Shown here: positions 14,023-26,675 of the stretch, in pieces | Numbering within the stretch: position 1 is the first letter of the stretch | Layout: each line of letters starts with the position of its first letter | From: Auanema rhodensis | Taxonomy: Eukaryota; Animalia; Nematoda | Assembly: GCA_964057225.1 (NCBI GenBank) | Contig: OZ059900.1 | Span: forward strand, 25,606,001 to 25,670,000 | Reading direction: 5' to 3' | DNA length: 64,000 bases | Notes under the pieces: generated by a model | The model's database searches: none | Told to the model about the DNA's origin: nothing | What the model saw: only the letters and a program-made list of their open reading frames with translations | Made by a program: the position numbers and the translations under genes

Positions 14023-17000
14023 TTGTTTACAGCGAAATTTCCAAAAACTGGTTTTCCAGCATAATAAAATATTTCTCATGGGAAATACTGTGTTTTTGTA
14101 TTTTTTTAGTGTTCAGCATGTAAAATGCGTCATTTTAGTATGTAAAACGCTGAAATTCGTTGCATTTGACGACTCATATGAACAAAAATCGATTTAATCA
14201 ATATTAGCCATAAGGGGCGTGCCCTCAGAATATGCTAATTTCCTTAATTTTCTAACCCCTGTTTTTTTGTCGTGAAAGTGGAACTAGACGTTGTACGAAC
14301 AATTTTGAGCTAGGTTCCATTGACATTGCATGAGTTTGAACACATGAAATCGTAAGTCAAAACCTTGTTTACAGCGAAATTTCCAAAAACTGGTTTTCCC
14401 GCATAATAAAATATTTCTCATGGGAAATACTGTGTTTTTGTATTTTTCTAGTGTTCAGCATGTAAAATGCTTCATTTTAGAATGTAACACGCTGAAATTC
14501 GTTGCATTTGACGACTCATATGAACAAAAATCGATTTAATCAATATTAGCCATAAGGGGCGTGCCCTCAGAATATGCTAATTTCCTTAATTTTCTAACCC
14601 CTGTTTTTTTGTTGTGAAAGTGGAACTAGACGTTGTACGAACAATTTTGAGCTAGGTTTCATTGACATTGCATGAGTTTGAACACATGAAATCGTAAGTC
14701 AAAACCTTGTTTACAGCGAAATTTCCAAAAACTGGTTTTCCAGCATAATAAAATATTTCTCATGGGAAATACTGTGTTTTTGTATTTTTCTAGTGTTCAG
14801 CATGTAAAATGCTTCATTTTAGTATGTAACACGCTGAAATTCGTTGCATTTGACGACTCATATGAACAAAAATCGATTTAATCAATATTAGCCATAAGGG
14901 GCGTGCCCTCAGAATATGCTAATTTCCTTAATTTTCTAACCCCTGTTTTTTTGTCGTGAAAGTGGAACTAGACGTTGTACGAACAATTTTGAGCTAGGTT
15001 TCATTGACATTGCATCAGTTTGAACACATGAAATCGTAAGTCAAAACCTTGTTTACAGCGAAATTTCCAAAAACTGGTTTTCCAGCATAATAAAATATTT
15101 CTCATGGGAAATACTGTGTTTTTGTATTTTTCTAGTGTTCAACATGTAAAATGCTTCATTTTAGTATGTAACACGCTGAAATTCGTTGCATTTGACGACT
15201 CATATGAACAAAAATCGATTTAATCAATATTAGCCATAAGGGGCGTGCCCTCAGAATATGCTAATTTCCTTAATTTTCTAACCCCTGTTTTTTTGTCGTG
15301 AAAGTGGAACTAGACGTTGTACGAACAATTTTGAGCTAGGTTTCATTGACATTGCATGAGTTTGAACACATGAAATCGTAAGTCAAAACCTTGTTTACAG
15401 CGAAATTTCCAAAAACTGGTTTTCCAGCATAATAAAATATTTCTCATGGGAAAAACTGTGTTTTTGTATTTTTTCAGTGTTCAGCATGTAAAATGCTTCA
15501 TTTTAGTATGTAACACGCTGAAATTCGTTGCATTTGACGACTCATATGAACAAAAATCGATTTAATCAATATTAGCCATAAGGGGCGTGCCCTCAGAATA
15601 TGCTAATTTCCTTAATTTTCTAACCCCTGTTTTTTTGTCGTGAAAGTGGAACTAGACGTTGTACGAACAATTTTGAGCTAGGTTTCATTGACATTGCATG
15701 AGTTTGAACACATGAAATCGTAAGTCAAAACCTTGTTTACAGCGAAATTTCCAAAAACTGGTTTTCCAGCATAATAAAATATTTCTCAAGGGAAAAACTG
15801 TGTTTTTATATTTTTCTAGTGTTCAGCATGTGAAATGCTTAATTTTAGTATGTAACACGCTGAAATTTGTTGCATTTGACGACTCATATGAACAAAAATC
15901 GATTTAATCAATATTAGCCATAAGGGGCGTGCCCTCAGAATATGCTAATTTCCTTAATTTTCTAACCCCTGTTTTTTTGTCGTGAAAGTGGAACTAGACG
16001 TTGTACGAACAATTTTGAGCTAGGTTTCATTGACATTGCATGAGTTTGAACACATGAAATCGTAAGTCAAAACCTTGTTTACAGCGAAATTTCCAAAAAC
16101 TGGTTTTCCAGCATAATAAAATATTTCTCATGGGAAATACTGTGTTTTTGTATTTTTCTAGTGTTCAGCATGTAAAATGCTTCATTTTAGAATGTAACAC
16201 GCTGAAATTCGTTGCATTTGACGACTCATATGAACAAAAATCGATTTAATCAATATTAGCCATAAGGGGCGTGCCCTCAGAATATGCTAATTTCCTTAAT
16301 TTTCTAACCCCTGTTTTTTTGTTGTGAAAGTGGAACTAGACGTTGTACGAACAATTTTAAGCTAGGTTTCATTGACATTGCATGAGTTTGAACACATGAA
16401 ATCGTAAGTCAAAACCTTGTTTACAGCGAAATTTCCAAAAACTGGTTTTCCAGCATAATAAAATATTTCTCATGGGAAATACTGTGTTTTTGTATTTTTC
16501 TAGTGTTCAGCATGTAAAATGCTTCATTTTAGTATGTAACACGCTGAAATTCGTTGCATTTGACGACTCATATGAACAAAAATCGATTTAATCAATATTA
16601 GCCATAAGGGGCGTGCCCTCAGAATATGCTAATTTCCTTAATTTTCTAACCCCTGTTTTTTTGTCGTGAAAGTGGAACTAGACGTTGTACGAACAATTTT
16701 GAGCTAGGTTTCATTGACATTGCATCAGTTTGAACACATGAAATCGTAAGTCAAAACCTTGTTTACAGCGAAATTTCCAAAAACTGGTTTTCCAGCATAA
16801 TAAAATATTTCTCATGGGAAATACTGTGTTTTTGTATTTTTCTAGTGTTCAACATGTAAAATGCTTCATTTTAGTATGTAACACGCTGAAATTCGTTGCA
16901 TTTGACGACTCATATGAACAAAAATCGATTTAATCAATATTAGCCATAAGGGGCGTGCCCTCAGAATATGCTAATTTCCTTAATTTTCTAACCCCTGTTT

Positions 17001-17100
17001 TTTTGTCGTGAAAGTGGTACTAGACGTTGTACGAACAATTTTAAGCTAGGTTTCATTGACATTGCATGAGTTTGAACACATGAAATCGTAAGTCAAAACC
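12997..17100 (+). repeat. 12-monomer block (C-E-B-F-J-C-I-E-B-J-C-I), copy 1
   Basis: Same haplotype order as 26676-30779, including rare markers GGTTCCAT, TTTCCCGCAT and TTTTAAGC. Confidence 0.85.
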
Positions 17101-17442
17101 TTGTTTACAGCGAAATTTCCAAAAACTGGTTTTCCAGCATAATAAAATATTTCTCATGGGAAATACTGTGTTTTTGTATTTTTCTAGTGTTCAGCATGTA
17201 AAATGCTTCATTTTAGTATGTAACACGCTGAAATTCGTTGCATTTGACGACTCATATGAACAAAAATCGATTTAATCAATATTAGCCATAAGGGGCGTGC
17301 CCTCAGAATATGCTAATTTCCTTAATTTTCTAACCCCTGTTTTTTTGTCGTGAAAGTGGAACTAGACGTTGTACGAACAATTTTGAGCTAGGTTTCATTG
17401 ACATTGCATGAGTTTGAACACATGAAATCGTAAGTCAAAACC
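17101..17442 (+). repeat. Representative consensus-type (A) monomer, M51
   Basis: Carries the majority allele at every variable site I tracked; hand count 59 G + 57 C in 342 bp (about 34% GC) and 10 CpG. Confidence 0.9.
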
Positions 17443-20400
17443 TTGTTTACAGCGAAATTTCCAAAAACTGGTTTTCCAGCATAATAAAATATTTCTCAAG
17501 GGAAAAACTGTGTTTTTATATTTTTCTAGTGTTCAGCATGTAAAATGCGTCATTTTAGTATGTAAAACGCTGAAATTCGTTGCATTTGACGACTCATATG
17601 AACAAAAATCGATTTTATCAATATTAGCCATAAGGGGCGTGCCCTCAGAATATGCTGATTTCCTTAATTTTCTAACCCCTGTTTTTTTGTCGTGAAAGTG
17701 GAACTAGACGTTGTACGAACAATTTTGAGCTAGGTTTCATTGACATTGCATGAGTTTGAACACATGAAATCGTAAGTCAAAACCTTGTTTACAGCGAAAT
17801 TTCCAAAAACTGGTTTTCCAGCATAATACAATATTTCTCATGGGAAATACTGTGTTTTTGTATTTTTCTAGTGTTCAGAATGTAGAATGCTTCATTTTAG
17901 TATGTAACACGCTGAAATTCGTTGCATTTGACGACTCATATGAACAAAAATCGATTTAATCAATATTAGCCATAAGGGGCGTGCCCTCAGAATATGCTAA
18001 TTTCCTTAATTTTCTAACCCCTGTTTTTTTGTCGTGAAAGTGGAACTAGACGTTGTACGAACAATTTTGAGCTAGGTTTCATTGACATTGCATGAGTTTG
18101 AACACATGAAATCGTAAGTCAAAACCTTGTTTACAGCGAAATTTCCAAAAACTGGTTTTCCAGCATAATACAATATTTCTCATGGGAAATACTGTGTTTT
18201 TGTATTTTTCTAGTGTTCAGCATGTAAAATGCTTCATTTTAGTATGTAACACGCTGTAATTCGTTGCATTTGACGACTCATATGAACAAAAATCGATTTA
18301 ATCAATATTAGCCATAAGGGGCGTGCCCTCAGAATATGCTAATTTCCTTAATTTTCTAACCCCTGTTTTTTTGTCGTGAAAGTGGAACTAGACGTTGTAC
18401 GAACAATTTTGAGCTAGGTTTCATTGACATTGCATGAGTTTGAACACATGAAATCGTAAGTCAAAACCTTGTTTACAGCGAAATTTCCAAAAACTGGTTT
18501 TCCAGCATAATAAAATATTTCTCATGGGAAATACTGTGTTTTTGTATTTTTCTAGTGTTCAGAATGTAGAATGCTTCATTTTAGTATGTAACACGCTGAA
18601 ATTCGTTGCATTTGACGACTCATATGAACAAAAATCGATTTAATCAATATTAGCCATAAGGGGCGTGCCCTCAGAATATGCTAATTTCCTTAATTTTCTA
18701 ACCCCTGTTTTTTTGTCGTGAAAGTGGAACTAGACGTTGTACGAACAATTTTGAGCTAGGTTTCATTGACATTGCATGAGTTTGAACACATGAAATCGTA
18801 AGTCAAAACCTTGTTTACAGCGAAATTTCCAAAAACTGGTTTTCCAGCATAATACAATATTTCTCATGGGAAATACTGTGTTTTTGTATTTTTCTAGTGT
18901 TCAGCATGTAAAATGCTTCATTTTAGTATGTAACACGCTGTAATTCGTTGCATTTGACGACTCATATGAACAAAAATCGATTTAATCAATATTAGCCATA
19001 AGGGGCGTGCCCTCAGAATATGCTAATTTCCTTAATTTTCTAACCCCTGTTTTTTTGTCGTGAAAGTGGAACTAGACGTTGTACGAACAATTTTGAGCTA
19101 GGTTTCATTGACATTGCATGAGTTTGAACACATGAAATCGTAAGTCAAAACCTTGTTTACAGCGAAATTTCCAAAAACTGGTTTTCCAGCATAATAAAAT
19201 ATTTCTCATGGGAAATACTGTGTTTTTGTATTTTTCTAGTGTTCAGCATGTAAAATGCTTCATTTTAGTATGTAACACGCTGAAATTCGTTGCATTTGAC
19301 GACTCATATGAACAAAAATCGATTTAATCAATATTAGCCATAAGGGGCGTGCCCTCAGAATATGCTAATTTCCTTAATTTTCTAACCCCTGTTTTTTTGT
19401 CGTGAAAGTGGAACTAGACGTTGTACGAACAATTTTGAGCTAGGTTTCATTGACATTGCATGAGTTTGAACACATGAAATCGTAAGTCAAAACCTTGTTT
19501 ACAGCGAAATTTCCAAAAACTGGTTTTCCAGCATAATAAAATATTTCTCATGGGAAATACAGTGTTTTTGTATTTTTTTAGTGTTCAGCATGTAAAATGC
19601 GTCATTTTAGTATGTAAAACGCTGAAATTCGTTGCATTTGACGACTCATATGAACAAAAATCGATTTTATCAATATTAGCCATAAGGGGCGGGCCCTCAG
19701 AATATGCTAATTTCCTTAATTTTCTAACCCCTGTTTTTTTGTCGTGAAAGTGGAACTAGACGTTGTACGAACAATTTTGAGCTAGGTTTCATTGACATTG
19801 CATGAGTTTGAACACATGAAATCGTAAGTCAAAACCTTGTTTACAGCGAAATTTCCAAAAACTGGTTTTCCAGCATAATAAAATATTTCTCAAGGGAAAA
19901 ACTGTGTTTTTATATTTTTCTAGTGTTCAGCATGTAAAATGCGTCATTTTAGTATGTAAAACGCTGAAATTCGTTGCATTTGACGACTCATATGAACAAA
20001 AATCGATTTTATCAATATTAGCCATAAGGGGTGTGCCCTCAGAATATGCTGATTTCCTTAATTTTCTAACCCCTGTTTTTTTGTCGTGAAAGTGGAACTA
20101 GACGTTGTACGAACAATTTTGAGCTAGGTTTCATTGACATTGCATGAGTTTGAACACATGAAATCGTAAGTCAAAACCTTGTTTACAGCGAAATTTCCAA
20201 AAACTGGTTTTCCAGCATAATACAATATTTCTCATGGGAAATACTGTGTTTTTGTATTTTTCTAGTGTTCAGAATGTAGAATGCTTCATTTTAGTATGTA
20301 ACACGCTGAAATTCGTTGCATTTGACGACTCATATGAACAAAAATCGATTTAATCAATATTAGCCATAAGGGGCGTGCCCTCAGAATATGCTAATTTCCT

Positions 20401-23400
20401 TAATTTTCTAACCCCTGTTTTTTTGTCGTGAAAGTGGAACTAGACGTTGTACGAACAATTTTGAGCTAGGTTTCATTGACATTGCATGAGTTTGAACACA
20501 TGAAATCGTAAGTCAAAACCTTGTTTACAGCGAAATTTCCAAAAACTGGTTTTCCAGCATAATACAATATTTCTCATGGGAAATACTGTGTTTTTGTATT
20601 TTTCTAGTGTTCAGCATGTAAAATGCTTCATTTTAGTATGTAACACGCTGTAATTCGTTGCATTTGACGACTCATATGAACAAAAATCGATTTAATCAAT
20701 ATTAGCCATAAGGGGCGTGCCCTCAGAATATGCTAATTTCCTTAATTTTCTAACCCCTGTTTTTTTGTCGTGAAAGTGGAACTAGACGTTGTACGAACAA
20801 TTTTGAGCTAGGTTTCATTGACATTGCATGAGTTTGAACACATGAAATCGTAAGTCAAAACCTTGTTTACAGCGAAATTTCCAAAAACTGGTTTTCCAGC
20901 ATAATAAAATATTTCTCATGGGAAATACTGTGTTTTTGTATTTTTCTAGTGTTCAGCATGTAAAATGCTTCATTTTAGTATGTAACACGCTGAAATTCGT
21001 TGCATTTGACGACTCATATGAACAAAAATCGATTTAATCAATATTAGCCATAAGGGGCGTGCCCTCAGAATATGCTAATTTCCTTAATTTTCTAACCCCT
21101 GTTTTTTTGTCGTGAAAGTGGAACTAGACGTTGTACGAACAATTTTGAGCTAGGTTTCATTGACATTGCATGAGTTTGAACACATGAAATCGTAAGTCAA
21201 AACCTTGTTTACAGCGAAATTTCCAAAAACTGGTTTTCCAGCATAATACAATATTTCTCATGGGAAATACTGTGTTTTTGTATTTTTCTAGTGTTCAGAA
21301 TGTAGAATGCTTCATTTTAGTATGTAACACGCTGAAATTCGTTGCATTTGACGACTCATATGAACAAAAATCGATTTAATCAATATTAGCCATAAGGGGC
21401 GTGCCCTCAGAATATGCTAATTTCCTTAATTTTCTAACCCCTGTTTTTTTGTCGTGAAAGTGGAACTAGACGTTGTACGAACAATTTTGAGCTAGGTTTC
21501 ATTGACATTGCATGAGTTTGAACACATGAAATCGTAAGTCAAAACCTTGTTTACAGCGAAATTTCCAAAAACTGGTTTTCCAGCATAATAAAATATTTCT
21601 CAAGGGAAAAACTGTGTTTTTATATTTTTCTAGTGTTCAGCATGTGAAATGCTTAATTTTAGTATGTAACACGCTGAAATTTGTTGCATTTGACGACTCA
21701 TATGAACAAAAATCGATTTAATCAATATTAGCCATAAGGGGCGTGCCCTCAGAATATGCTAATTTCCTTAATTTTCTAACCCCTGTTTTTTTGTCGTGAA
21801 AGTGGAACTAGACGTTGTACGAACAATTTTGAGCTAGGTTTCATTGACATTGCATGAGTTTGAACACATGAAATCGTAAGTCAAAACCTTGTTTACAGCG
21901 AAATTTCCAAAAACTGGTTTTCCAGCATAATAAAATATTTCTCATGGGAAATACTGTGTTTTTGTATTTTTTTAGTGTTCAGCATGTAAAATGCGTCATT
22001 TTAGTATGTAAAACGCTGAAATTCGTTGCATTTGACGACTCATATGAACAAAAATCGATTTAATCAATATTAGCCATAAGGGGCGTGCCCTCAGAATATG
22101 CTAATTTCCTTAATTTTCTAACCCCTGTTTTTTTGTCGTGAAAGTGGAACTAGACGTTGTACGAACAATTTTGAGCTAGGTTCCATTGACATTGCATGAG
22201 TTTGAACACATGAAATCGTAAGTCAAAACCTTGTTTACAGCGAAATTTCCAAAAACTGGTTTTCCCGCATAATAAAATATTTCTCATGGGAAATACTGTG
22301 TTTTTGTATTTTTCTAGTGTTCAGCATGTAAAATGCTTCATTTTAGAATGTAACACGCTGAAATTCGTTGCATTTGACGACTCATATGAACAAAAATCGA
22401 TTTAATCAATATTAGCCATAAGGGGCGTGCCCTCAGAATATGCTAATTTCCTTAATTTTCTAACCCCTGTTTTTTTGTTGTGAAAGTGGAACTAGACGTT
22501 GTACGAACAATTTTGAGCTAGGTTTCATTGACATTGCATGAGTTTGAACACATGAAATCGTAAGTCAAAACCTTGTTTACAGCGAAATTTCCAAAAACTG
22601 GTTTTCCAGCATAATAAAATATTTCTCATGGGAAATACTGTGTTTTTGTATTTTTCTAGTGTTCAGCATGTAAAATGCTTCATTTTAGTATGTAACACGC
22701 TGAAATTCGTTGCATTTGACGACTCATATGAACAAAAATCGATTTAATCAATATTAGCCATAAGGGGCGTGCCCTCAGAATATGCTAATTTCCTTAATTT
22801 TCTAACCCCTGTTTTTTTGTCGTGAAAGTGGAACTAGACGTTGTACGAACAATTTTGAGCTAGGTTTCATTGACATTGCATGAGTTTGAACACATGAAAT
22901 CGTAAGTCAAAACCTTGTTTACAGCGAAATTTCCAAAAACTGGTTTTCCAGCATAATAAAATATTTCTCATGGGAAAAACTGTGTTTTTGTATTTTTTCA
23001 GTGTTCAGCATGTGAAATGCTTCATTTTAGTATGTAACACGCTGAAATTCGTTGCATTTGACGACTCATATGAACAAAAATCGATTTAATCAATATTAGC
23101 CATAAGGGGCGTGCCCTCAGAATATGCTAATTTCCTTAATTTTCTAACCCCTGTTTTTTTGTCGTGAAAGTGGAACTAGACGTTGTACGAACAATTTTGA
23201 GCTAGGTTTCATTGACATTGCATGAGTTTGAACACATGAAATCGTAAGTCAAAACCTTGTTTACAGCGAAATTTCCAAAAACTGGTTTTCCAGCATAATA
23301 AAATATTTCTCAAGGGAAAAACTGTGTTTTTATATTTTTTTAGTGTTCAGCATGTGAAATGCTTAATTTTAGTATGTAACACGCTGAAATTTGTTGCATT

Positions 23401-26400
23401 TGACGACTCATATGAACAAAAATCGATTTAATCAATATTAGCCATAAGGGGCGTGCCCTCAGAATATGCTAATTTCCTTAATTTTCTAACCCCTGTTTTT
23501 TTGTCGTGAAAGTGGAACTAGACGTTGTACGAACAATTTTGAGCTAGGTTTCATTGACATTGCATGAGTTTGAACACATGAAATCGTAAGTCAAAACCTT
23601 GTTTACAGCGAAATTTCCAAAAACTGGTTTTCCAGCATAATAAAATATTTCTCATGGGAAATACTGTGTTTTTGTATTTTTCTAGTGTTCAGCATGTAAA
23701 ATGCTTCATTTTAGAATGTAACACGCTGAAATTCGTTGCATTTGACGACTCATATGAACAAAAATCGATTTAATCAATATTAGCCATAAGGGGCGTGCCC
23801 TCAGAATATGCTAATTTCCTTAATTTTCTAACCCCTGTTTTTTTGTTGTGAAAGTGGAACTAGACGTTGTACGAACAATTTTAAGCTAGGTTTCATTGAC
23901 ATTGCATGAGTTTGAACACATGAAATCGTAAGTCAAAACCTTGTTTACAGCGAAATTTCCAAAAACTGGTTTTCCAGCATAATAAAATATTTCTCATGGG
24001 AAATACTGTGTTTTTGTATTTTTCTAGTGTTCAGCATGTAAAATGCTTCATTTTAGTATGTAACACGCTGAAATTCGTTGCATTTGACGACTCATATGAA
24101 CAAAAATCGATTTAATCAATATTAGCCATAAGGGGCGTGCCCTCAGAATATGCTAATTTCCTTAATTTTCTAACCCCTGTTTTTTTGTCGTGAAAGTGGA
24201 ACTAGACGTTGTACGAACAATTTTGAGCTAGGTTTCATTGACATTGCATCAGTTTGAACACATGAAATCGTAAGTCAAAACCTTGTTTACAGCGAAATTT
24301 CCAAAAACTGGTTTTCCAGCATAATAAAATATTTCTCATGGGAAAAACTGTGTTTTTGTATTTTTCTAGTGTTCAGCATGTAAAATGATTCATTTTAGTA
24401 TGTAACACGCTGAAATTCGTTGCATTTGACTACTCATATGAACAAAAATCGATTTAATCAATATTAGCCATAAGGGGCGTGCCCTCAGAATATGCTAATT
24501 TCCTTAATTTTCTAACCCCTGTTTTTTTGTCGTGAAAGTGGAACTAGACGTTGTACGAACAATTTTGAGCTAGGTTTCATTGACATTGCATGAGTTTGAA
24601 CACATGAAATCGTAAGTCAAAACCTTGTTTACAGCGAAATTTCCAAAAACTGGTTTTCCAGCATAATAAAATATTTCTCAAGGGAAAAACTGTGTTTTTA
24701 TATTTTTCTAGTGTTCAGCATGTGAAATGCTTAATTTTAGTATGTAACACGCTGAAATTTGTTGCATTTGACGACTCATATGAACAAAAATCGATTTAAT
24801 CAATATTAGCCATAAGGGGCGTGCCCTCAGAATATGCTAATTTCCTTAATTTTCTAACCCCTGTTTTTTTGTCGTGAAAGTGGAACTAGACGTTGTACGA
24901 ACAATTTTGAGCTAGGTTTCATTGACATTGCATGAGTTTGAACACATGAAATCGTAAGTCAAAACCTTGTTTACAGCGAAATTTCCAAAAACTGGTTTTC
25001 CAGCATAATAAAATATTTCTCATGGGAAATACTGTGTTTTTGTATTTTTTTAGTGTTCAGCATGTAAAATGCGTCATTTTAGTATGTAAAACGCTGAAAT
25101 TCGTTGCATTTGACGACTCATATGAACAAAAATCGATTTAATCAATATTAGCCATAAGGGGCGTGCCCTCAGAATATGCTAATTTCCTTAATTTTCTAAC
25201 CCCTGTTTTTTTGTCGTGAAAGTGGAACTAGACGTTGTACGAACAATTTTGAGCTAGGTTCCATTGACATTGCATGAGTTTGAACACATGAAATCGTAAG
25301 TCAAAACCTTGTTTACAGCGAAATTTCCAAAAACTGGTTTTCCCGCATAATAAAATATTTCTCATGGGAAATACTGTGTTTTTGTATTTTTCTAGTGTTC
25401 AGCATGTAAAATGCTTCATTTTAGAATGTAACACGCTGAAATTCGTTGCATTTGACGACTCATATGAACAAAAATCGATTTAATCAATATTAGCCATAAG
25501 GGGCGTGCCCTCAGAATATGCTAATTTCCTTAATTTTCTAACCCCTGTTTTTTTGTTGTGAAAGTGGAACTAGACGTTGTACGAACAATTTTGAGCTAGG
25601 TTTCATTGACATTGCATGAGTTTGAACACATGAAATCGTAAGTCAAAACCTTGTTTACAGCGAAATTTCCAAAAACTGGTTTTCCAGCATAATAAAATAT
25701 TTCTCATGGGAAATACTGTGTTTTTGTATTTTTCTAGTGTTCAGCATGTAAAATGCTTCATTTTAGTATGTAACACGCTGAAATTCGTTGCATTTGACGA
25801 CTCATATGAACAAAAATCGATTTAATCAATATTAGCCATAAGGGGCGTGCCCTCAGAATATGCTAATTTCCTTAATTTTCTAACCCCTGTTTTTTTGTCG
25901 TGAAAGTGGAACTAGACGTTGTACGAACAATTTTGAGCTAGGTTTCATTGACATTGCATCAGTTTGAACACATGAAATCGTAAGTCAAAACCTTGTTTAC
26001 AGCGAAATTTCCAAAAACTGGTTTTCCAGCATAATAAAATATTTCTCATGGGAAATACTGTGTTTTTGTATTTTTCTAGTGTTCAACATGTAAAATGCTT
26101 CATTTTAGTATGTAACACGCTGAAATTCGTTGCATTTGACGACTCATATGAACAAAAATCGATTTAATCAATATTAGCCATAAGGGGCGTGCCCTCAGAA
26201 TATGCTAATTTCCTTAATTTTCTAACCCCTGTTTTTTTGTCGTGAAAGTGGAACTAGACGTTGTACGAACAATTTTGAGCTAGGTTTCATTGACATTGCA
26301 TGAGTTTGAACACATGAAATCGTAAGTCAAAACCTTGTTTACAGCGAAATTTCCAAAAACTGGTTTTCCAGCATAATAAAATATTTCTCATGGGAAAAAC

Positions 26401-26670
26401 TGTGTTTTTGTATTTTTTCAGTGTTCAGCATGTAAAATGCTTCATTTTAGTATGTAACACGCTGAAATTCGTTGCATTTGACGACTCATATGAACAAAAA
26501 TCGATTTAATCAATATTAGCCATAAGGGGCGTGCCCTCAGAATATGCTAATTTCCTTAATTTTCTAACCCCTGTTTTTTTGTTGTGAAAGTGGAACTAGA
26601 CGTTGTACGAACAATTTTAAGCTAGGTTTCATTGACATTGCATGAGTTTGAACACATGAAATCGTAAGTC

Positions 26671-26675
26671 AATCC
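26671..26675. other. Only indel in the array: AAAACC > AATCC (341-bp monomer M78)
   Basis: GTAAGTCAATCCTTG versus consensus GTAAGTCAAAACCTTG; all downstream monomers are shifted by -1. Confidence 0.95.
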
